A stretch of DNA of 63,817 bases, counting the filler, from Octopus bimaculoides (Eukaryota), in NCBI RefSeq assembly GCF_001194135.2. It is 8 parts of 7 records of this genome, joined end to end, with 100 filler letters (N's around TTAATTAATTAA, not from the genome) between each part and the next. Parts side by side here need not be neighbours in the genome. Positions count along the whole stretch, not along the records: positions 6,506 to 17,941 come from NC_068989.1; positions 18,042 to 32,792 come from NC_068988.1; 6 more parts are not named here. The stretch is one strand, 5' to 3'. The notes beneath the pieces were generated by a model. That model was given only the letters and a program-made list of their open reading frames with translations, was not told the origin of the DNA and ran no database searches. The stretch's first letter is position 1, and each line of letters opens with the position of its first letter. The translations under genes and the position numbers were made by a program. Positions 14,093 through 26,094 of this stretch are shown here, in pieces.

Positions 14093-14733
14093 TGGGCTAT
14101 AGTAGAAGACATTCGCCCAAGTGGGACTGAACCTGTAAGCATGTGGTTGGCAAGTAAGCTTCTTATCACATAGCCAAACCATATTTTCTCTTTGAGTTTC
14201 GTTTAAGTTTGTCTGAAGTGAGTTCAAGCCCTTCGCTAACGAAGTGACAAGACTTGTTGAGTCAAGAGAATTGTCGGGGTTTGTAAAGATGTGTTTCAGT
14301 GAGTGGGTGCACATATGTTGGTGCTTGTGCGTGCGAGGGAATCGTTTCTTTATGCATACGTCTTTGCAGATGCATACAGCCGAGAAAGAACGAAAGGAAG
14401 GAAAATAAGGATAGAAATGAAAATAGAAAGCAAGAAAGAAAGAATGAATGAATGAATGAAAGAATGGAAGAAAGAAAGAAAGAAAGATAGAAAGAAAGAA
14501 AGAATGAATGGATGAAAGAATGGAAGAAAGAAAGAATGAATGAAAGAATGGAAGAAAGAAAGAATGAATGAAAGAATGGAAGAAAGAAAGAATGAAAGAA
14601 AGTGAAAGAAAAAAAATAAACAAAATGTAAATCTAGAGTTTGTGTAAGAGAAAAGTGTTCAACGGGAAATAACTCTTACAGTCTTCAGTGACAAGCTCAA
14701 ACATTACAGGTCTCCTCACAATAAATGTACAAA

Positions 14734-14772
<39 letters not shown>

Positions 14773-14775
14773 ATC

Positions 14776-15072
14776 TACGATCATAAGGTTGTGAGTTCAA
14801 TTCCCATACCGGGCTGCGTGTTTTGTTCTTGAGCAAGACACTTTATTTCACGTTGGTCCAGTTCACTCAGCTGTAGAAAGGAGTTGCGACGTCACAGGTG
14901 CCAAGCTGTATCGGCCCCTTTGCCTTTCCCTTGAATAACATCAGTGGTGTGGAGAAGGGAAGGCTGGTATGCATGGGCGACTGCTGGCTTTCCATAAACA
15001 ACCTTTCTCGGACTTGTGCCCCGGAGTGGAACTCCCTAGGTGCAATCCCATGGTCATTCACCACCGAAGGGC
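14776..15072 (+). repeat. tRNA-derived SINE family C
   Basis: Head aggttgtgagttcaattccc (B-box-like), then cttgagcaagacactttatttcacgttg...; reverse-complement copy at 19081-19350. Confidence 0.8.
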
Positions 15073-17481
15073 TTCTTTACTCATATAGTTATGAGATACT
15101 AATAGTTTCATACCTTGGAGATGTCTTCTAGGCAGGTTCTATTAACACGCCAAGTGTCTCCATGCAACATTCGGGCAATGTGTAGCAGTTTCAGTGCCAC
15201 ACCTTGTATCACTGCCAAACTGTGATACAAGGTGTGAAAAAAAACAAAAACATAACAACACAAAACAAAAAACAGACTGAACAGTGTATATTTATATTTC
15301 TCTTCTAACCAATTAAATTGTATTAATTTATCCGAAACAAGCATGAACGCTATCGATGACTCATAAATTCAAGAGATTGTAAGTCTTTGCTATCACACAA
15401 CTTAATGGAAATGATAAGAAAATCCGACGCTTGTATGGGAGGTAATTACACCGTATACAAAAGTTACTTCCCTTGCATAAATAATGATGTCTGGTGTAAA
15501 AAATCGATTTTTAAAGGTTTACATGCGCTCGTGCTGGCACACATTCGTATCTAGCCACAAACACATACGTGCTCGCGCACACACACATGCATATAAGTGT
15601 ACACACATTAACAAACATACGGCATAAAATACTGAACACACACACACACACCTCAGCATTCAGTCGTCTTCCTGTCCCTCTTGTTCGTCGAATACTTTGT
15701 AACAAACCGTGGCTCCATGGCACGCGTGGAGACCTTTCCTTAATTCTGAGGGGATGGGCAAGAGGGTGATGTAGATCTTACTCATTCATAAACATACATG
15801 CTTATTCACATAATACATGAAATACATACATACACATAGACACACAGAGGCATATAAGTATGCATATATGTTTGTGGGTCTATTTCTACATGTACTTATG
15901 CGAATATATATATNNNNNNNNNNNNNNNNNNNNNNNNNNNNNNNNNNNNNNNNNNNNNNNNNNNNNNNNNNNNNNNNNNNNNNNNNNNNNNNNNNNNNNN
16001 NNNNNNNNNNNNNNNNNNNNNNNNNNNNNNNNNNNNNNNNNNNNNNNNNNNNNNNNNNNNNNNNNNNNNNNNNNNNNNNNNNNNNNNNNNNNNNNNNNNN
16101 NNNNNNNNNNNNNNNNNNNNNNNNNNNNNNNNNNNNNNNNNNNNNNNNNNNNNNNNNNNNNNNNNNNNNNNNNNNNNNNNNNNNNNNNNNNNNNNNNNNN
16201 NNNNNNNNNNNNNNNNNNNNNNNNNNNNNNNNNNNNNNNNNNNNNNNNNNNNNNNNNNNNNNNNNNNNNNNNNNNNNNNNNNNNNNNNNNNNNNNNNNNN
16301 NNNNNNNNNNNNNNNNNNNNNNNNNNNNNNNNNNNNNNNNNNNNNNNNNNNNNNNNNNNNNNNNNNNNNNNNNNNNNNNNNNNNNNNNNNNNNNNNNNNN
16401 NNNNNNNNNNNNNNNNNNNNNNNNNNNNNNNNNNNNNNNNNNNNNNNNNNNNNNNNNNNNNNNNNNNNNNNNNNNNNNNNNNNNNNNNNNNNNNNNNNNN
16501 NNNNNNNNNNNNNNNNNNNNNNNNNNNNNNNNNNNNNNNNNNNNNNNNNNNNNNNNNNNNNNNNNNNNNNNNNNNNNNNNNNNNNNNNNNNNNNNNNNNN
16601 NNNNNNNNNNNNNNNNNNNNNNNNNNNNNNNNNNNNNNNNNNNNNNNNNNNNNNNNNNNNNNNNNNNNNNNNNNNNATATATAATAAATACATTAGCATA
16701 TATTTATTCCCTTTAATTCTTATTTATTTATGTTAAATATTATATCGCCTTACCTCAGCCGCTTAACATATCTGAATTTTTTTAATTTTGTCCAATAGTT
16801 CCTTATCTTTATTAAAATTTTTTTAAGGGGTGAAAGGTTATATTTTCTAAGTCTTTATTCGTTTATTTACTTTTACTCTATGTATTTTTACTTTTGCTCT
16901 CTTTTGTTTTATTTATTTTACTGTATTTTTGTTTTTATTTTATAATCTTTATGCACTCTAACATTAAATTAATATCCTTATTGGTCTTTTAACCATTTCG
17001 ATATTTGTAATAAGTAATAGATTGTCCTCCACCTTAATTAAATATCAATAATAACTATACACACTTGATTTAAAATCTACATACTAATTTTCTATTGATT
17101 TAAAAAGGGATGGACATACTATCACAATATATGACAACCTCACTCCCCTTCTAAGGTCTATACCATTTTTAATACTAAGTTCTTTATGTATGAATTTTAT
17201 CAGTTTCCGGTTTGCAGCCGTTTACTCAACATGCAGGAACTGAACACCTATTTTGTATATCTTTAACTACACCTGAAGAGATTCGACTTTCAAATAAGTT
17301 TTAATTTTATCAATTAATTTTCTGATGGTCTTGAATTGAAACGGCTGTAAGGGATGTTTGGCAATTTTTTAATTAATAAATAATAATTTATTAATTACCT
17401 CTCTATTTTCTTATCTTATTACATACATACGTACATACATACATACATACATATATATACATACATACAGACAGACAGACA

Positions 17482-17547
<66 letters not shown>

Positions 17548-17635
17548 CAGAGAGAGAGAGATAGATAGATAGATGGATAGGCATATATACAAAAGGTTTT
17601 TTAAATATTTACAACACATATGTGTGTGTGTATAT

Positions 17636-17681
<46 letters not shown>

Positions 17682-18290
17682 ATATACCTACATGTACACA
17701 CGTATCTTCAAATACGTATGCAATTTCTTGGCAATATAAAGCGCCGTCTTGTTTTTCATAATAGAAAGAAACTGGATGATCAAACACGCAGTCGGTCAAT
17801 CAGAGGGGGGGGGGAGACGAACAAAATAAACAAAAAGAATACTCACTCTTAAGAAACAACATCGATTTTTAATACTATGTAGATGTACGTGGATACACGA
17901 TTTTATACATGCAAATATACATACATACATACACACACACANNNNNNNNNNNNNNNNNNNNNNNNNNNNNNNNNNNNNNNNNNNNTTAATTAATTAANNN
18001 NNNNNNNNNNNNNNNNNNNNNNNNNNNNNNNNNNNNNNNNNATATATATATATGAATAATAATAATAAATAATAATAAATGGAGCAAACCGCATATAAAC
18101 AAAAGTTCCTTTATTTCCTACATATGTTTCAAAATGTATGTGCACACTACTCCAAAGAAGTAAGAGCTGCTGGAATTCCACATATATTCATCGTCAAGGA
18201 ACCAACATATAGAAGGAAGACAAATGCGAAATGATAAGGTTACATACGAGTTATAATATTATGTATAATATTATAACTTTGGCACAGAAT

Positions 18291-18341
18291 TTTGTCAGTG
18301 AACAGGTCGTGTTCTCAAAGCGACGAAAATATTTTGACAAA
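18291..18341 (+). ncRNA. Type I hammerhead ribozyme motif with G3-C8 core swap
   Basis: TTTGTCA-GTGAACA-G-GTCGT gttctcaaa GCGAC-GAAA-ATAT-T-T|TGACAAA: 7-bp stem I, 5-bp stem II, palindromic AATATT stem III, UUU triplet. The same core appears in the copies at 37617-37722. Confidence 0.7.
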
Positions 18342-18569
18342 TTAAATTTAAATGTTGAAGTGAATCTAATGGTCTTTGTGTGTTTTTTTAAATGGCTTAT
18401 AAACACCTTCCACGTTGCAACATATATAAAACCAACGGTATATCTTTTTGGGGGCTTAATTGAGCAGCTGTAAGAGACTCTACTTGATTTACAATATAAA
18501 TATATATCATAAATTAGAAATATTGCATTTCTAAATCTCCGAGAGAGACTTGTACAGTAGCGGCACAAG

Positions 18570-19062
18570 AAAGTGATGGTTTGTTGCCTACTTAATGTGG
18601 AAGTTCCAGAAAAGGGAAGAATGCTATTGCTATTTAGACCCAGGAAACACCGTTTCCAGCTGGCCATGTGGCACAAACGTTCTGTGCCCTTATGTTCCCA
18701 AATAAGGGATATAAGCACCTCCACCCAGCAAAGCCAGCATCCAGAGACTAGTTTCAGAGTCATTGCCCTTCATCAGTCTGGAGTTGCATGGCTTGCTAGC
18801 TGTCGATGCTTATTCGCCTTTGAAAACTTATAGAATTTGAAGTGAAATAAATTCACTGATCTAGAGCAATGACTCCGAAATTAGTCTCTGGATGCTGGCT
18901 TTGCTGGGTGGAGGTGTTTATATCCCTTGTTTGAAAACTTAAGGACACAGAACGCTGGTGTTACATAGCCAACTGGAAACGATGTTTCCTGAAGCTAAAT
19001 AGCAGTAGCATTCTTCCCTTTCCTGGGACTGCCACATTAAGTTGGCAACAAACCATCAGTTT
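18570..19062. repeat. Head-to-head inverted repeat (about 200-bp arms), Penelope-LTR-like
   Basis: 18570-18782 is the reverse complement of 18855-19062 (e.g. ccacccagcaaagccagcatccagagacta vs tagtctctggatgctggctttgctgggtgg); about 70-bp spacer. Confidence 0.85.
18740..18782 (-). ncRNA. Canonical minimal type I hammerhead ribozyme motif
   Basis: Minus strand TCCAGA-CTGATGA-AGGG caatga CTCT-GAAA-CTAG-TC|TCTGGA: perfect 6-bp stem I, intact core, 4-bp stem II, palindromic ACTAGT stem III, GUC site. Confidence 0.85.
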
Positions 19063-19080
19063 ACATATCTATAGGAGACC

Positions 19081-19350
19081 CTCTTCGGTTATGAATGACC
19101 ATGGGATTGCACCTAGAAAGTTCCCATCCGAGGCACAAGTCCGGATAAGGTTGTTTATGGAAGACCAACAGTCACCTATGCATACCAGCCTCCCCTCTCC
19201 ACACCACAAATGTTACCCAAGGGAAAGGCAAAGGGGCCGATACAGCTTGGCACCAGTGATGTCACAACTCATTTCTACAGCTGAGTTAACCGGACTAACG
19301 TGAAATAAAGTGTCTCGCTCAAGAACATAACACGTAACCCGTTTCGGAAA
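19081..19350 (-). repeat. tRNA-derived SINE family C
   Basis: Reverse-complement match to 14800-15072. Confidence 0.8.
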
Positions 19351-20111
19351 TCGATCTCATGAGAATTACTGTATTATTATACAATAATATATGTAGCCAT
19401 TGATACATGAGGTGTGATAGACACAAAATCGACGATTATGCATGATGACGCCTCTGGGACCTCTAACTTAGAATGAACCCAGCCCCATCAAGCAAGAGCA
19501 GGAGCCCAATCGAAGCCGATATCATTGCAAAAGGTCAAGTTTTGATGAAACATTTTAAATCAATAAAATAAAAAGGCTTGTTCAATCCATTCTCATTGGT
19601 TATAGTTGTAGAAGTGTTTGACATAAAAGACAAATTCTGGTTTACTGTCTGATAGCCTGAACCCGTAGATAAGCTTTACAGGACAAACTCCAGGATTAAC
19701 ACCCAAATGAAATTGCTATATATACATATATATATANNNNNNNNNNNNNNNNNNNNNNNNNNNNNNNNNNNNNNNNNNNNNNNNNNNNNNNNNNNNNNNN
19801 NNNNNNNNNNNNNNNNNNNNNNNNNNNNNNNNNNNNNNNNNNNNNNNNNNNNNNNNNNNNNNNNNNNNNNNNNNNNNNNNNNNNNNNNNNNNNNNNNNNN
19901 NNNNNNNNNNNNNNNNNNNNNNNNNNNNNNNNNNNNNNCTGTAGGGAATGGTCAAAACCGGAAGTGGTCAAAAAAGAGTGTCATACTGTGGACTTCCGTT
20001 TCTAACGATTCTCAATTAAACATGTCTGTCGTCGTCTCCGTCGTCGTCGCAGCCGTCGTCGTCGTCGCAGCCGTCGTTGCCGCCGCCGCCGCCGCCGCTG
20101 TCATTGTTGAA

Positions 20112-20427
20112 GACGCATGGCTTAAAAGTATTCGGCTTGCGATCGTAAGGCCGTGAGTTCGATTCCCGGTGGCGCGTTGTGTCCTTGAGCAAGACACTTT
20201 ATTTCACGTTGCTCCAGTCAACTCAGCTGGCAAAAATGAGTAGTACCTGTAATTCAAAGGGACCGGCTTTGTCCCATTCTGTGTCACGCTGAATCTCCAC
20301 GAGAAGTACGTTAAGGATACGTGTGTCTGTGGAGTGCTCAGCCACTTGCACGTTAATTTCACGAGCAGGCTGCTCCGTTGATCGGATCAACTGGAGCCTG
20401 CATCGTCATAACCGACGGAGTGCCAGT
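20112..20427 (+). repeat. tRNA-derived SINE (3' part shared with family B)
   Basis: Head gtgagttcgattcccgg; 3' part tgtgtcacgctgaat...gtggagtgctcagccacttgcacgttaatttcacgagcaggctg is shared with 33504-33895. Confidence 0.8.
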
Positions 20428-20592
20428 GTCTTTTTTTAACGCTAGTTCAATCCCGGCCAAGCAGAACATCTTCAAACACTTCACCACAGAATTCTGTTAC
20501 TCAGTTCCATGATATGTATTCTCACCTTTTCTACTTGTTATGGCCACAACAATCATGAACAATTATAATTAATGAAAATATTATTTCTATTC

Positions 20593-21035
20593 AGAAGTAA
20601 TGTTTATCGCCATCTAAACATGAGTGTTCTCTAAGAACAGACGATACTGCTATTTTAATCACGAGAGGACGCCCCCTCCAGTTGGTTTCTCAGTGCATTC
20701 CGCACCCGATATATATTACAAGCGGGGAGAGAACTCCCTGTCATTCCAGCAATCGAGGCGAACAGACAGCGCAGTTTCGATCATACTTTGGTCATCGTCG
20801 TGTTATGTCTAGCGTACACGTATCCATCACTGAGGATAACCATAAGGTCGAAACCGCGCGATCTGGTGGTCTCGATAGCTGGAATGACAGGGAGTTCTCT
20901 CCCCACATGCAATATATATCGGGTGCGGAGCGCACTGAATAACCAGCCAGAGGAGGCGTCCTCTCGTGGTTAAAATAGCAGTATCGTCTATTCTTAGAGA
21001 ACTTCCATGTTTAGATGGCGATAAAAAATACTTCT
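20593..21035. repeat. Head-to-head inverted repeat (about 190-bp arms), Penelope-LTR-like
   Basis: 20593-20780 is the reverse complement of 20848-21035 (e.g. ggagagaactccctgtcattccagc vs gctggaatgacagggagttctctcc). Confidence 0.9.
20824..20869 (+). ncRNA. Type I hammerhead ribozyme motif, near intact
   Basis: CCATCA-CTGAGGA-TAACC ataa GGTC-GAAA-CCGCGCG-ATC|TGGTGG: stem I pairs with one G.U, core intact; stems II and III are each one substitution from perfect (GACC/GGTC; ACCGCGCGGT). Confidence 0.65.
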
Positions 21036-21294
21036 CGCTATAGATACTGCTTTGGCCTCTTATAGAAATTTTCTTAAATTATTTCTGTTCTATGCTGTAA
21101 AAACTATAAATTATCGCACACATATTAACATATATATATTTTTCGATTCAACTAATTTAATAAACGCATCTAAATACATCTCTTCGAGTTGTGTTTGGAA
21201 ACGTATATTATAATTAATGTAGTCATTCTCAGTTCACATAGCCTACCTTCCAACTGTTATGTATTGGCAACGTTGATATAATGACGACCATAAA

Positions 21295-21505
21295 GGCTGC
21301 GAACTGGAAGAATTGTTAGCCCCCCCCCACTCCCCCCGGCTAAAATGCTTAGTAGTAATTCTTCTGTGTTTACGTTCTGAGTTCAAATTCTGTCGAGGTC
21401 GACTTTGCCTTTCATCCTTTTGAGGTCAATAAAATATGCATCAGTAGAGCACTGGGGTTGATGTAATCAACTAGCCCCCCTCTCTCAAAATTTCAGTCTT
21501 TATGT
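21295..21505 (+). repeat. tRNA-derived SINE family D
   Basis: gagttcaaattc..gaggtcgactttgcctttcatcctt..ggtc.ataaaata; further copies at about 22258-22420, 23782-23952, 32532-32722 (-) and 39228-39425. The central segment resembles the Meta/MESC SINE domain (from memory, unverified). Confidence 0.8.
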
Positions 21506-24072
21506 CTATAGTAGAAAGGATATAACGACCACCATTGAAACACGATCCGAAGGAGATATTACTAGTATTTCTTCAAAGTTGTTAAGCCACGCAGAGCAGC
21601 GGCTCCCAAAGTTATTTTGGCGCGAAATCCTTGATATGAGTTTTCGAAACCCCGCAGCACTCATACCTACATTTTATCGACAATCCTCATCACTCAAAGT
21701 TAATAGGGTATTAAATGAAGCAATAATCGCGGATTGGGGCACTAAACATCACCAACAATTGACTACAATTTTTATTAGTGAGTAATCAGTCTTATTTACC
21801 AGTTATAGTATATAACGATGTGCTACAGGAAACCGGAAACATTAAAAGTGAAATTAGTTTTGTTTTAAATTGTTATTCTGTTTGATATTTTGTGTTGGTT
21901 ATAGCTAACGAGCGGGAAGATAAAGGGCGGTCACCCACAGGTGACAGTTTTAAGGGGGCAGCGCTTTGGTGGGCTGCAGTACAAGCCCATATGACTCAAA
22001 GACTGCTTCGGTGACACGCATTCTAGCTACGCCACTATATAAAGCTAAGGTTAAAGAAAACTCACATATTTATGATCTGCAAAATCTCTTTGATGCAAGT
22101 CATAGGATCTTTTTTAAGGGCTGTGATATCGGAAAAAAAAAACCAAACGAAAAACGAAAAAAAACCGTGTCCGTAGCAGATTTCGAAAGTCGACTGAGAC
22201 CGATGAGATCAACGCAGTTGATACGCTTTTGAATTAGTTGTCGGTTGACAACTAAGACGAGCAGCTGGCAGAATCGTTAGCACATCGGCATTTCTTTCGG
22301 CTCTTTACATTCTGAGTTCAGATCTTACCGAGATCAACTTTACCTTTCATCCCTTCAAGGTCGATAAAATAAAGAACCACTTGGCCCGCTTCTTCAAAAT
22401 TGCTGGCCTTGAATCCTATCATGAACCGACGTACCGCTCAAGAGAAATACTGTAACCTTGGTCATTTACTGACCTTATGAAACCTTGGGTTTAAGAAAAA
22501 TAATAGTAAAAAAGAAGTTGACAGCTGTGGGAACAAAAATGAGTTGGGCGAGAAAAACGTCTTTTCAAAGCAAGTCTGATAAAAGTGCTATTCTAGTTTT
22601 CACACATCCATTTCTCTGGTAAATCTTTCTTGTAATATTCTGCTGACTTTTATTTAAATAATTGTTAATTTTACCAAAATCAAATTGGAATTTGCAGCCA
22701 ACTAAAAGCAAGGACTTATTTTGAAATAATTGGATTTTAGTTGCCGGCACATTTTCGTTTTAAATAAATGTCAAATGAATGCCACTCCACCATCTACTTA
22801 GTAAAAATACCGTTATACTAGGAGTTACCTAAAGGCAACAGATAAATCGTAAATGTTTAGAAAGTATTGAATATCAGCAGATGTGATTTCATTACATAAG
22901 AAATTACATGTGTACGATATTTTCCAAGGAAAAAGTAATAACTGCAAGATGTTTGGAGCCAAAGTTGCCCATCGCATTTTTAATAGCGATGTCTGAAAAG
23001 AAAATTTTCAAAATGTTTCTCCCTTTGTCCTACCAAACACCACACTGAGTTTTAATTAATATACTATCATTGATATTAATCCAAATACATCTGTCATGAG
23101 AGGGATGCTTATTGTAGTGAGTTGTATTGTTGAAGATGAACGTCGTGTGGTCTACCTGGCTGCGAGTATATTAAATGAAACCAATCTGTGAACATATTTA
23201 TTGCTGGACATGATTTGCTGTTTTGGCTGTTTACAGAAGAAAAATACTGATAATATAACCGCCGAATGGGAGGAGAGAACCGCACTGTGTCCTTTGAGAG
23301 TGCTGTGGTACATCGTGTATGAATGTCTGAAGTAGTTTCTTGCTCGAGTGGTGGTCTGTCTGAATGCTCGAGATGGTCCCGTTTTAACGGTTTGTCTTCT
23401 GTGAGTGGTCTACACGAATGCCCGAGCCCGTCTGACTGAATTAGGCGCCAAACATTTTTTATAGAGTGAAAAAGGGGACGAATTTCGAGCATGGTTCTTC
23501 TGCAGAAGGAGGAAAAGGGAAAAGTCCGGAAAGAACGAAAAGAATAATCCGAGAAAAGCTCGTGTGTCATTCCATGGCAGAAAAAATATTAATTACCCAG
23601 TGGGTAATTAATACCTCCTAATGGCGATCATAAGCTTAATGAAATCAAAATTTCAGCAAGAAAAGGCGACGACTTATATTTCTTTGGGTCTGAATTTAAA
23701 AAGAAAACAAAAAGACTTCCTTTCTGATAAGTACACAAGTTGCAGTTGATGCTCTTAATAAACCAATCAGACTGTGGACATATATCAGCGGACAAAATGC
23801 TTAGCGACATTTCGACCGTCTTTACGTTCTGAGCTAAAATTCTACCGCTGTCGACGTTGCTTTTCATCATTTCGAGGTCGATAAAATAAATAACAGTTGA
23901 GCACTGGGATCGATGAAATTGCTGGCCATGTGCTAAAATTTGAGACCAATATTCTGATCTTGATTTTAAGATTACTGAATTGATACTGTTAGAAAGTAGT
24001 TATTAATTTATCTCGGTAAAACACCAGATTTTGCATTATGGTTTATTTTTACTAAGTTATCTCTAGTCTATT

Positions 24073-24581
24073 TATTGGGTTGTCAGATGAATTCGTTCGT
24101 TTTTACCTCAATTATTTTTTATCAACGATTTCAACAAATCAGTCAAGCCATCGACAAGTTTGTGGAACATCGGCAAGAAGTCGTGAACAATGGAGAATAT
24201 ATTTGTGACTTCGTTTTTGTATTAAGTTTGTAAGATTCTTGATGCGAATTCGTTGCAGACATTGGAGCGAGAGAGAAAGTCACTAAGTCACGAAAAAGGT
24301 CACTAAAAAACGCCTATGAAAGAACTTTGACTAACACACAACCGATTGATTGTTTAACCAACACATTAAACAAATTATCGATTAGTTTTTTGGTTAAATA
24401 TTTACCCAATTGACTAAAATAAAGGAGTGGAATTGAACCCGTGAGTGAGTTATTATTATTGGCATAATGACTCTCCCAAGACACAACAAAATATTATTGA
24501 CTGACTTGATTAAATTGTTGATGAAAAATTAAGATGAAAATGAATGGAACAAAACGAAGGAATTTATTTCACTACTCAATA
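24073..24581. mobile_element. mariner-derived non-autonomous remnant
   Basis: Starts TATTGGGTTG and ends with a degenerate inverse (actactcaata); internal IDKFVEHRQEVVNNGEYICD resembles the mariner transposase C-terminus. Confidence 0.45.
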
Positions 24582-26094
24582 ATGATAAAGTCAAAAAGCT
24601 GCTCGCATTAAACGAAGTTTTGTTATTGGGAACATTTGTAAAATAAACCGATTTCAATGAACAAGAGGTTCTGCTACAGTTTGTCAGCTTCGAATGAATG
24701 GCAGCCTAAGTCGATCCAGACGTAACATAATCATAGAAACATGAGGCGCCAAAATAGATATTGTACAACTTTGGTTATCAAAACTAGACAGTGTAAGGCA
24801 GTGGCTCTCAAAGTCAGCTCTACCTTCCCCAGGAGATTATTTTGAATAAAAACGTTCCAAAGTGGTTTGAAGTTTCTGTGACCCAGTATTCTGGATAAGA
24901 GTTTAAAGAGAGGTCAGTGAGAATGCAGAGCCAGGGGAGCATTAAACCAAAATAAATTTCAGAATCTAATCTAGTTCTTTATTCATTGTTTCAATATCGC
25001 CATTGTATACAAAATATACTTTTACAATGAAATGATATGACAAGAATTACCTTGGATTGCAGAATCGGTAGAGCGGCAGACAAAAGGCGTTATGATATTC
25101 ATTCACGTTCTGTATGTTATGAGTTCAAATCCTACTGAAACCATTTTAACTTTTCAAGTACTGATATTAATTTGTTTGTTTCTTTATTTATTTATTTCAT
25201 CTAATCGACTGTTCTCTTGCTCTGACATTGTGCTTAAGTGAGAAATCTTTATTTTGAACTTTGAGAAATCTGTGGTATGTGTTTCCGATGTTATATTCCT
25301 TGACAGGTGAATTCTTAAAGCCACATCTTCCATTCTTGTTTAGAAGGCTTTGAAAATTAAAATCTAAATCATCCTGGGACCAACCTTATTATTTACTTAC
25401 TTCTTTGAGGTTAATAAAATATGTACTAGTTGATATAGAATAAAGCTCAATTTATAAGAATATTGATGACTAGTAAAACAATAGGAGTTAAATCAGAAGA
25501 GGGGGATCAGATAACTAAATTTGATTTGTGTATGCTATCAATAAACTACATATCAATAAACTACATACATAATCTCGTTCCATAGTATTTGTTTAATTTT
25601 TCTTTTGTTTTTACAAAGTCGAGAACTCAATGGAAATTTATAGAAAAAACGTGCGATATTTAAAAAATTTAATTCAAATTCGTTTCAACTATAATATTTG
25701 CCGACTGATTATTTGTAGATAGAACTTTCTTAACATAAGTGTGTCTCGTCAGTGCAAACTAATTAGAGTAGATGCATTTATGTTTAAAAGACATCCAGGT
25801 TAAATAGTTCCATCGGCGCCAGTACGTTTTATATGAACGTCAGTGTGATCTTGTAAACGTAACAACAATATCAACGATCTTCTGTAGTCATTCGACATGC
25901 TAGAAATAGCAATTACATTCCCCCTAAATTACAAGCTACAATTTAGGGGATAATGCTAATCTATGTATGTGTGATTGTGTTTAATGGGGCTCCAGTGCAT
26001 TGCTTGCATTAAGCTTATCCTGTAACGGGGAATCAAAGATTATAGTCTTTAATAAGTATTCTACATTTAAGCTTTTCTAGGACTGAATGCTTAA

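Noticed and set aside
16700-17300. AT-rich stretch suspected to be a Penelope remnant
   Set aside because: No convincing motif could be translated.
17318-17355. CTGATGG...GAAACGGCTGTA, resembling the 60520 family
   Set aside because: A9 is mutated and stems I and II do not pair; at most a decayed relic.
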